Assembly: GCA_002269645.1 (NCBI GenBank)
Contig: NIVC01003773.1
Location: 1-64,000 of the forward strand
Length of the DNA stretch: 64,000 nucleotides
Reading direction: 5' to 3'
Source: Macrostomum lignano
Lineage: Eukaryota
The first letter of the stretch is position 1, and each line of letters starts with the position of its first letter. The translations under genes and the position numbers were made by a program. The notes under the pieces were generated by a model. It had not been told where the DNA came from and did not search any database. It saw only the letters and a program-made list of their open reading frames with translations. This document shows, piece by piece, positions 1-12,300 of this stretch.

Positions 1-584
1 TTTGTTTGATTTATTGCTAATTTTACTAATTATACTACTCATGAATGCCATTCTAGTAGTAATAGTGGACAATGAAACTTATAACTTAGTGCTTCAATTA
101 TATAAAACTTAAGTGTCATATAGAAAAAATTATAAAGTTTAATCTAATAATTCAAGTAGGCCAGTTTTGCACAAACTTTTGAGAAAAAAAAATTATTATT
201 AGTCATAAATCTTCCCTCTTAATATGCTGCATGCTCTTAGAAATTGCTGTAAACTATACTGAATTCGTTTTTTATCCTTTCAAGCCTTCCGCCAATTTTT
301 TATTATTGTTGATCAATCAGGCGATTGTACTCGAAATTTCAGTAAATAACTTTCATCTGTCAATATTACTTTACGCTATTGAATATAGTGTTTTTATTTG
401 AAATGTCTAATAATAAATTTAATGACCGTGTTTTTTGATCATAATAAATAATTCAATGTTAGGTATGTACCTTATTTCTTACCGCCATTATTTTTAGGTA
501 TGAAACTGATTGGTTATCAATTTTAAAGTAATAATTTTACTACTTCATAAATTTATAGTTGATAGATTTCAAGGAAAACCCTGA

Positions 585-810
585 AGAGTGTAGCGAAGAG
601 TCCTTTGAAGCTACCTGAGCAGAGTAACGGAGAGTCCTCTGAAGCTCCCTGAGCAGGGTAGCGAGAGTTCTCTGAAGCTACCTGAGGAGGGTAGCGGAGA
701 GTTCTCTGAAGCTACCTGAGGAGGGTAGCGGAGAGTTCTCTGAAGCTACCTGAGAAGGGTAGCGGAGAGTCCTCTGAATCAACCTGAGAAAGGTAGCGAA
801 GAGTCCTCTA
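585..810. repeat. 34-bp minisatellite, about 6 copies, upstream of WDR4
   Basis: Unit gaagctacctgaggagggtagcggagagttctct with internal hairpin GCTACC-7nt-GGTAGC. Confidence 0.85.
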
Positions 811-908
811 AAGCCCCTTAAGTGTCCCACCTGATAAAGTTTTTTAATTGCTATTTCTATTTGCTCCTGTTTCAGATTAAGACAACTCAGAATAAGTAAC
901 GCAGCATA

Positions 909-2238
909 ATGTTACACGTGGATGCTTTATCGGGAGACGTGTGGCTTCAATTACGTCACAGTGTTGCCAGATTTCGTCCAACCACCAACGATGCCAATTC
1001 AACTATAATATTCTCCTCTTCAGAAGATGCCAAAGGCGGCAAAGAATCCGTGCTTTGCTTTGCTGCTAGTCCTTGCGGAAATTTTTTAGCAGTTGCTACC
1101 GATGCAAAAGTTGTTAGAGTTTTAGACTTGAACAAGACCGACTTGTTAGCAACGGTTGCCAGTGTAAACTGCGTTAAACGGGCCGCGTTTCTGCTATTTG
1201 ACGACGCCAAAACTTCCTCCGATGCGACTCTGTTGTACATTGCCGACAAAGGTGGCGACGTTTTAAGCGTTGCTATAGCAACTAATTCTAGCTCTTCTAG
1301 TAGCGGCGAACTCGTTCTAGGCCACTTGGCCATGCTAACAGCTATTGAACTCGTTCCAGCCTCGGTTGCTAATGACATTCGTTGCCTAGCAACCGCAGAC
1401 GCCGATGCACGTATTCGAATTAGTCGCCTACGAATGCTTACAATATCGAATCGTTCTGCCTTGGCCACGACTCTCCAGTCCTAGGCCTGTCCACTTGCCT
1501 GTCCAGCGCCTGTCTGTTAAGCCTGTCCTCTGATGGCAGTTTTCGAGCTTGGAATCCAGCATTAGGCTTGGAATTATCCAGCCTGCAATTGCCAAAATCT
1601 TCATCAACTAGCGGCGATAGGACCTATTGTCACCTGATTGTGTCGCAACGGCTTAACGTAGCCGCTTGCGTTTCCATGCCAACCGATGCATTCAAAAACT
1701 CGATTATTGTTGCTAATGACGCTAGTGGTGATAGACCGACTGTCGTATCCGAGTTGTTGCTATGCAAGATCGGTCAGCCGCCTGAATGCCGTTTAGAGAT
1801 TATAACACAATCGCCAATTCCTCTTAGTGCAGGTCTTATTGTCTCGGCTAAATGCTGTTGTCAATGTCAACAAACTGGCGATAGTTTCCCCGAGCAAGAT
1901 TGCTTATTGTTGCTAGGCAACAATCCGTTAAAGCCGTTAGAAGTTCGATTGTTTACTGACGGTAGCGAGTTGTCGCTGCCCCATTGGCTACAGCCGGCTG
2001 ACATAGCTCTAGTTGCTGAGGCCGTTAATTGTCGGCTGGATTTTTTGTCGACGTGCTGACCTATGCCAATCTGGAGGCCGCCGGGTTTCAGGAGTATCTC
2101 GACAGCAAGTCGGAGCGGATTGAACGCTTGAAGCTGAAACGACGAAGGCAGGGCGCCGGAAAAGTGGCCGCTGATCCCCGTGCTGCTCAGTGCATGCCGG
2201 TTGGCGAACTCATTGGGATAGCGACTGAGGCTGGCTGA
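909..2238 (+). CDS. WDR4: tRNA (guanine-N7)-methyltransferase non-catalytic WD40 subunit (WDR4/Trm82/Wuho), about 443 aa, single coding exon, two apparent 1-bp deletions
   Basis: WD40-like strands; motifs ADKGGDV, VLGHLAMLT and TADADARIRISRL. Restoring one base at ~1431 gives (P)NAYNIESFCLGH, matching WDR4 IESFCLGH. Restoring one T at 2041-2046 gives the C-terminal EYLDSKSERIERLKLKRRR helix. In-frame TAA at 897 supports ATG 909. Confidence 0.8.
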
Positions 2239-2292
2239 CTGACTGACTTGCTGATTTCTGCGGCATTTGTTCTGTCTTTGGCTTGATATTAC

Positions 2293-2871
<579 letters not shown>

Positions 2872-3714
2872 AGTCTCACAGCTTCGCTATCATTTCTCCT
2901 TTGTTTGTCTTTTATTCTTTTGTTTATGCGCTACCTGGGACTGCAATTTTAGCCAAGACAAAATTGAATGCTTTATAGAAACAAAATTACATACTTGTAC
3001 AGAATATAATTTGATTCAATTTCCTTCAAATAAAATGACACGTTAAGGACGCGCGAATGAATAGGTAAAAAAGCTAGCATTTTTCCGTTGGTGCATAATT
3101 TGCTTAATTTTCTTTTGTTCTAATGCATTCTTATCCAGAAAGTAGTATGTTAGTGCCGTGATTCGTATTATCAGTGAGTCAGTCACTCAGGCAGAAAGAT
3201 TGCTGATTTTACGGGAAAGTCTTGTTATTTTGTTACCCTACGGATTCTCGCGTGTTTCGAGTTATGGTCAAATCAGCTGAGCCTCTTGTTTGGCTTTGAT
3301 TTAATTGATGTCAAGGCCTTGGACACGCGTAAATTATTAGTGTAATAAAATATGAGCTAAGTCTTCTCATCTTGCAAGCTATACTCTAGCGTTATTATTA
3401 AAGGTATATCTAGCTAGTCTGTGGAGTTATGGTCTTTTTGCACGACAGCAGTGTTGGATTATGAGGGGCTGTGTTTTCCCCCTCGGCTGTCGGTACCTAC
3501 CTATACCTTAGGAGTCCTAAGGCAATATATTCTCTAGCTGATCACGCGTCTTATTATTAGCAGTCACAGATAGTTTTCCTTTTAGTAGAGATAAATTGAT
3601 TGATGCATTGTTCCGTAAGCTCTTAATTTGGAAAAAAACTTTCTTCTCCACTATAGTCTCCGGAGAGTACTGTTCGTGACAAATTGACTAATTAACTACT
3701 AAATGCTATTATGA

Positions 3715-3853
3715 AATGGGTTAGCAAACTTTTTTAACTTGAGGGCCAGAGAGAGGAGAGAGAAAAGAAAGAAAAGAGAGCTGAGAAGAGACACAAACCT
3801 TGGGCTGGCCGGATTGCTATTGTGAAGTTTCAAAGGAAGTTTGCCGACCCCTG
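3715..3853 (+). mobile_element. Short non-autonomous DNA transposon (MITE) with hAT/Charlie-type TIRs, copy 1
   Basis: Right end gtttgccgacccctg (3839-3853) is the reverse complement of CAGGGGTCGGCAAAC (MER58/Charlie-type TIR). Left end aatgggttagcaaac matches 11/15. Internal sequence is homologous to 59295-59415. No clean TSD. Confidence 0.6.
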
Positions 3854-4059
3854 CTATATAGCATTAAAATACACTCTTACTGCTTGATGATAAACCGTTC
3901 TCGTTTTTCAGCCCAACTAAAATATATTCAACTAAACGAAAAGAAATTACACCCAAATCAAGTGAAGCTTTAGCTTGCCTCAAGCTATAGCAATAGCTTG
4001 GTTGATTTTGACTAACTAATCAATAAAAACTATCGAGTCAATAACAATAACCAAACGCC

Positions 4060-7000
4060 ATGTCAGATGACGCTTACGGTGCTTCAAACGGCGGCAATGA
4101 TGTTGAAGAAACGGAAAACAAGGGCGGCTTCAACTTGGCCGGATTCATGTTCGGCAACGTGAACGAATCTGGCGAACTAGAAGAATTCCCGAAGAAGAGG
4201 GTCGCAGACATATACGCGATTTGGCTAAATGCCAAGCCGCCGATAAAGATCTAATCATCAATAAAGAGGTGTTTGCAACCACTGCTAATACTGCTCAAGC
4301 TCTTTCCTCGGCTACAGCCGATGAAGCTGAATCAGCTGACAGTAAACCAACCGTTGAACGTCAAGATTTCTACGACATTGACGAGGCTGCAGTTGATGAC
4401 GCCGCGATGCTGGAGGCTGCGGCTAGCCTGGATGCTGCCGTTAAAGGAGACGATGAGTATGACGATGATTATGATAATGACAAAGCCGCCTCCGATGCCG
4501 CTGGCACCGCTGCTGAGCAGGTCAGCAAAGACGCCAGCCTGATGCCGCCGCCGACAAAAATCCCGCCTGAACGAGCGCCGGCGCTTTTTTCTTTATCCGC
4601 CGCGCAGCCACAGTCGGAGAAGGCGCCACAAATTTTACCAGTAGTGATACCGTTTGAAGAGCCAGTTATTGATCCGAAACGGCCGCTAGCTAATATTTGT
4701 CCGGAAGAATATCGCAATACCGACATACGCCTCTTATTTCCCGACTTTGATCCAGAAATCATACCGCGCTGGTCTCGATTGTTTAAACCGTCGGTGAAGC
4801 GGACAGCTTACGCTGATAGGGTGCCGCCAAACGAATTGCCACGACCGTTGTCTGTTCACCCCGCCGATCCTGAACTGCCGCACGTGTATATAGACGATAT
4901 CGATATGGGCGAGTTGCCAGTTGATAATAGCCAATTATTACCGGACACTGTCCAACTGCAGCGTCAGTTGAAAGTGCCGCAACCGCCAGCGTCCGGTTTA
5001 TTAGAACAACTCAACGAAGATGAGAATATTAGCGGTCAAGGTCAATCGGCCGTCGATGCCGCCGGTGCCGCGCTGGAAGCTTCAGGCAGAGACAGCCTAC
5101 TTGAAGGTGTCGGCAATCGTTGGCGCTTTGGCCCGGCGGCGCTTTGGTACGACATGCTTGGCTTGCCGCCGCCAGACGGTCCGGTGTCGGATCTGACCGC
5201 TTTTCCGCTTCCAAAATCGGCCTCAACTGCGTCGTCTAAAAGGAATGATAAAAAGCAAAGAAATATTAGCGGAAATGGGGACGCAACGGATGAGGATGAA
5301 GACGATAGCAGAGATGGTGAAAAATCGTCCCCACTTGACGAAGACGACATTGGTGATTCCGTGACAGCAACAGCTTCTGCGCCGTCACTAAACGATGATT
5401 TATTTAATATGGCCAACTTAATCCACTGGGAAGACGATATAGTCTGGGACGCCGAGGTTGCTAAGGAGAAAATTCAGGCTAGCAACCGAGCTAATGCCGG
5501 CTATTGCGGTTGGATTCCGTCGTCAGCTTCGCGAACTCTTGAAGATTTTCAACGCCAGTACGGAGGCACTTATCCCGGAGTTGAGAAGCCTAATGCCGGA
5601 CCAAAGTACGAAGGCTGGCGTAGTATATTCGCTGTTGATAATACAGAATTAGCCTACACTAATTGGGAGGATAACATTGTGTGGGACGGCTCTAAAGCCG
5701 ATACCCTTGGTCGGCCGTACGTTCTCACGCTTGACCTGAACGATGAGGCCTTGGTAATTGATCCGTCTACTTACCGGATCGCGTCAGCAGCTAATGAGAA
5801 CGCTGAATCAGATGGATTATTGTCTAAGCAAAACATGCAACTAAACCAACTATTGGCATCGGATGGGCGTTTAATTTGAGCAACGATCAATTCTATCGCA
5901 ATAGTAGCCAGCTAGTCCGCACCGGCGGCGGCGCCGGCCCTACTATAGGCTCGATACTGCAGCACTCCACTCCGGCTATGGAACTGCGACCGGAATATTT
6001 CCCAACTAATTTGACGCCGCAAAAATTGCGCGTCTGGTATCGGCCGCCGTTGCGACGCTACCAACGCGGCCCTATGTCGGCCTACGATACTCCTCTTCCG
6101 GTGTTGAATCTTGCTAAGCAGATCGAGCGGCGTAGGCAGCAGTTAGAAAGCGAACGACTTGCACTTGGCGGCGGTAATATTTTCTTTATGCGAACCCCGG
6201 CTGATCTGACAGCTACGGATGGCGATTTAATTTTAGCCGAATATTCCGAAGAATATCCGCCATTGATGATGCAAATTGGCATGGCAACTAAAATTATTAA
6301 TTATTATAAACGATCTGTACCGGTTGATAGCGATGCGGATAGTAATACCGAAGCTGATAAGAGCTCGATTCCGCAACGGGAGCACGGCGAACCAGTCGCT
6401 TGCAATGACGATCAATCGCCATTTCTTGGCCAATTATCGCCCGGACAATGTCTGCAATCTATTGAGAACAATCTGTTCCGGGCTCCGATATATCCGCACA
6501 AGCCTAGACTGACAGATTTTCTATTGATTCGAAATCGTAATGGCTACAGTATCAGACTATTGGGCACCGTGTACACTGTTGGCCAGGAGTGCCCGCTAAT
6601 TGAAGTGCCGGCACCGAACTCTAAACGGGCGAATAATTTCTTGCGCGATTTTCTACAGGTTAGTTTCTCTTGGCTTCTTGCCAATTTCACGTTCCTTTGA
6701 GTTCTATATCCAATTTAATCCCAAATCCCATTGAATCTCACACTCCCATTGAATCCCATATCCCATTGAATCACAAATCCCATCGAATCCCAAATCCCAT
6801 TTAATCCCATACCCTATTGAATCCCAAATCCCACTGAGTCCCAAATCTCCTTTGAACCCCAAATCCCACTGAATCCCAAAATCTCCATTGAATCCCATAT
6901 CCCACTGAATTCCAAATTCCATTTAATCCCATATCCCATCGAACCCCAACTCCCATTTAATCCCATATCCCATCGAATCCTATATCCCATCGAATCATAT

Positions 7001-8138
7001 ATCCCATCGAACCCCAACTCCCATTTAATCCCATATCCCATCGAATCCTATATCCCATCGAATCCTATATCCCATCGAATCCTATATCCCATCGAACCCC
7101 AACTCCCATTTAATCCCATATCCCATCGAATCCTATATCCCATCGAATCCTATATCCCATCGAATCCTATATCCCATCGAATCCTATATCCCATCGAACC
7201 CCAACTCCCATTTAATCCCATATCCCATCGAATCTTATATCCCATCGAATCCTATATCCCATCGAATCCTATATCCCATCGAACCCCAACTCCCATTTAA
7301 TCCCATATCCCATCGAATCCTATATCCCATCGAATCCTATATCCCATCGAATCCTATATCCCATCGAATCCTATATCCCATCGAATCCTATATCCCATCG
7401 AATCCTATATCCCATCGAACCCCAACTCCCATTTAATCCCATATCGCATCGAATCCTATATCCCATCGAATCCCAAATCCCATTGAATCCCATATGCCAT
7501 CGAATCCTATATCCCATCGAATCCCATATCCCACCGAATCCCAAATCCCAGCGAATCCCATGTTCCATTGAATCCCATATCGCATTCAATCCCATGTTCC
7601 ATCGAATCCCAAATCCCATTGAACCCCAAATCCCCTTGAATCTCGTATTGTTGGTCAAGCTTATGCATTAAAACAGTTTTCTTTGTACAAGTGTGCAGTG
7701 TAGTTTTAATTATTTAGATAACTTGTAAGTGTGGCAGCTGCTATTGAAGTGCATCAAATAAGTTTTCTCAATACAATAAGCATAGCTGTTTGGTTTCAAG
7801 TGTTTTCTTTAGTCAACTTCTAGTGTGCGGAACGTATCAGTTGTCATCTTTGATGTGTGTCTGATTCTTTGTTAAAAATTCATGTAGGCAAAGATTTAAA
7901 CGTAAGCTACCGTTGGTTCATACATATATTTATTATTGGTGGATGCAGCAGTCCAGTTCAAAGAATCCAAACCTCCGGATCGTTAATTATTCATTGATAT
8001 ATTGCATCTGGATTGTACCATTAGACTTGGGAATGGAAACCCTAAATGTTATTAAAACATATAAATGGACAGGTAGAAAGGCAGACAAAAAGATAAAGAC
8101 AGACATACAGATATACAGACAGACAGACAGACAGATAT

Positions 8139-8171
<33 letters not shown>

Positions 8172-8246
8172 TCGATAGAGACGGAGAGACAGACAGACAA
8201 ATCGATAGAGACGGAGAGACAGACAGACAGACAGACAGACAGGCAT

Positions 8247-8283
<37 letters not shown>

Positions 8284-8464
8284 TCGATAGAGACGGAGAG
8301 ACAGACAGACAAATCGATAGAGACGGAGAGACAGACAGACAGACAGACAGACAGGCATACAGACAGACAGACAGACAGGCAGACATACATACAGACAGAC
8401 AGACAGACAGACAGACATACATACAGACAGACAGACAGACAGACAGACATACAGACAAATAGAT

Positions 8465-8505
<41 letters not shown>

Positions 8506-8828
8506 TAAGTTTGATTAAATGATAGTACTAATTAACGCTAGCAATTTGTCCCCTTCTTGCCCTGCTAATTTCGCGAAAATTGGGCGTCTCCCCACCTGCT
8601 GTTTGACGTTTGCGTGAATTTCGCAGAATCTGCGACTCCTCCCTCCAACCCATCTTGCCAGGCAGCATGTAATTTCTGTCTTGGATTACTGCGGGATAGG
8701 CAATGCAGATTTTATCCCTGTTAACAGATTTTTTGCTTGTTTAAAAGTACATTGTGTATTTTATTGTAAAATAGGAGACTAGTTGTTGTCAACATCTTTG
8801 TCTTAAATGTGACGTTATGTTGATAGAT

Positions 8829-8866
<38 letters not shown>

Positions 8867-8883
8867 AAGATAGATAGAAAGAT

Positions 8884-8922
<39 letters not shown>

Positions 8923-8973
8923 AAGATAGATAGATAGGTAGATAGAAAGATAGATAGAAAGATAGATAGAAAA

Positions 8974-9026
<53 letters not shown>

Positions 9027-9139
9027 AAGATAGATAGATAGGTAGATAGAAAGATAGATAGAAAAATAGATAGATAGATAGAAAGATAGATAGATAGATG
9101 GATAGAAAGATAGATAGAAAGATAGATAGATAGATAGAT

Positions 9140-9171
<32 letters not shown>

Positions 9172-9172
9172 G

Positions 9173-9222
<50 letters not shown>

Positions 9223-9331
9223 AAGAGAGATAGATAGATCGATAGAAAGATAGATAGAAAGATAGATAGATAGATAGATAGAAAGATAGATAGATAGATA
9301 GATAGATGGATAGATAGATAGATAGATAGAT

Positions 9332-9387
<56 letters not shown>

Positions 9388-12300
9388 GCTTTTTGGCTCT
9401 CTGAGTACACGAACATGCGGTATATCTATCTGTAGATTATACTGTGATCAATGCAAAAAGTAACTGCATGGGTTCCGCTCCGGTGAGTGCAACAATAAGT
9501 TAAGGAAACAATATCGCAGAGCGAATAGAATAGGAATTGGAAGAAAAGAATTTCACCGACAGAGCTCACGAGGAAGATTGCTGAACTAACTGCATTGTTG
9601 CCGCTGTACCTATATGTGCAACTAGAATAGTTCTATCCAAGCAGCCGTTTGTTAAAGCATGGAATTAGGGAGTTCCATTGTTAACAGTAGGTAGCAGAGC
9701 TCTTTTGAGAGTAGCTATTATTATTGCTCAAAGCTCATCTCTGGCTGATATGAAGATATGAAGTGCCTGCGCTGTACAAGTACTATCTATAAATTTCTGA
9801 CATTTTCCCTTATCTAGAAGACGTGGCCTTACTTGATGAAATCAAGGAATAACTGAATGTTAGTGACTGTAACTAATTCCTGGGTTGAAGAAGTTACTCA
9901 TATTTCATGGTAGTAAGAATAATTTGCAAGGGGGTTGCATCTCCGACATATCCGGACTTCATATCTCCGACACCTCATATCTCCGACACCTCATATCTCT
10001 AATACTTCATATCTCTGAAACCTCATATCTCCGAAACTTCATATCTCCGACACTTCATATCTCCGACACTTCATATCTCCGACACCTCATATCTCCGACA
10101 CTTCATATCTCCGACACCTCATATCTCCGACACTTCATATCTCCGACACCTCATATCTCTAATACTTCATATCTCTGAAACCTCATATCTCCGAAACTTC
10201 ATATCTCCGACACTTCATATCTCCGACACTTCATATCTCCGACACCTCATATCTCCGACACTTCATATCTCTGATACCTCATATCTCTGATACCTCATAT
10301 CTCTGATACTTCATATCTCCGACACCTCATATCTCTGATACCTCATATCTCTGATACTTCATATCTCTGAAACTTCATATCTCCGACACTTCATATCTCC
10401 GACACCTCATATCTCTGATACCTCATATCTCTGATACTTCATATCTCTGAAACTTCATATCTCCGACACTTCATATCTCCGACACCTCATATCTCTGATA
10501 CCTCATATCTCTGATACTTCATATCTCTGAAACTTCATATCTCCGACACTTCATATCTCCGACACCTCATATCTCTGATACCTCATATCTCTGATACTTC
10601 ATATCTCCGAAACTTCATATCTCCGACACTTCATATCTCCGAAACTTCATATCTCACACACTATATTACGTTATATCTCCGACACCTCATATCTCTGATA
10701 CTTCATATCTCTGAAACTTCATATCTCCGAAACTTCATATCTCTGAAAATTTATATCTCCGAAACTTCATGTCTCCGACACTATATTACGTTATATCTCC
10801 GACACCTCATATCTCCGACACTTCATAACTCCAACACTTCATATCTCCGACACTTCATATCTCCGAAACTTCATATCTCCGACACTATATTACGTTATAT
10901 CTCCGACACCTCATATCTCTGATACTCCATATCTCTGAAACTTCATATCTCCGAAACTTCATATCTCTGAAACTTTAAATCTCCGAAACTTCATATCTCC
11001 GTCACTATATTACGTTATATCTCCGACACCTCATATCTCCGACACTTCATAACTCCAACACTTCATATCTCCGACACTTCATATATCCGGCACCTAATAT
11101 CTCCAACACTTCATATTTCCGGCACCTCATGTCTCCGACACTTCATATCTCCGACACTTCATATCTGCGACAAGTGTGTCGGAGTTGTGGAAAAAACTGC
11201 TTCCCGGTGATATGAAAACTCAAAATGATTTAAATATACGTACTGTATGCATTCTTAATTCCATAGGAATGTCTTGGTTACTATACACCCTGTGCCAGCG
11301 TTCCTGCCTAACGCCGGCTGTCGCTTTGAATAACTCAAACCCTCCCGCTCTCCCTAACAACCAGGTGAACATCTATCGCCTATTCCTGCGCAGCCTAGAC
11401 GAGCCGCGTCGAGTTCGCGTCGATGAGGTTCGCCGACTATTTCCGCCAGACGGCGTCCTGACAGAGCTGACTGTCAGGAAACGGTTGAAAGCTTGCGCAG
11501 ATCTTCGGCGCAGCGGAGGCGGCGGCGGCTGGTGGGTGCTGAAGGACGAATTCCGACTGCCCGATGAGGAGGAGCTGCGCGAGCTGCTGTCACCCGAAGA
11601 CTGTTGCGCCCACTACAGCATGGCTGTGGCCGAGCAGCGGCTCAAAGATGCTGGCTATAGCGAACGGTACCTGCAAGCCAATGATGATGAAGATGAACTT
11701 GATGAAGCTAGCGGAGGAGGAGGCGGTAGCAACGCCGACGGTTCCAACGGCGCGCCGCGTATGGAAGCGGAAGTCCGCTGCGCACCTTGGAACACTAGCA
11801 GAGTCTATCTGGCCGCTGCTAAAGGCCGCATCCAACTGGACTTGAGCGGCCCGGCAGATCCCACTGGCTGCGGAGAAGCCTTCAGCTATTCAAAGCCAAG
11901 CAGATCGAGCGGATCTACCGCTGAAACTGCTCTGTCGGCTGCGAAACATCCAACTGGCAGGGTCGCATCGGTCACTGGAACTGACGCCGATCTGCGGAAA
12001 TTGAATCTCAACGCCGCTAAAGAGCTGCTTCGACAGCGCGGCGTTGATGAGGACGATATTAAAAAGCTCACTAGATGGGAATTCGTTGACGTTGTTAGAA
12101 CTGTAAGTCTGAGTTTAGACTTGCCAATAAAATCTTGGGTAGATAGGGTAGGCTATTGAGTAGATAGAGTAGGTATCTGAGTAGGTAGAGAAGATATTTG
12201 AGTAGATAGAGTAGATACTTTAGTAGATAGACTAGACATTTAGGTAGATAGAGTAGGTATCTGAGTAGATAGAGTAGGTATCTGAGTAGGTAGAGTAGGT

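Noticed and set aside
2039-2047. Programmed -1 ribosomal frameshift at T_TTT_TTG in WDR4
   Set aside because: The three other shifts nearby have no slippery heptamer and all four are 1-bp homopolymer losses; sequencing error is more parsimonious.
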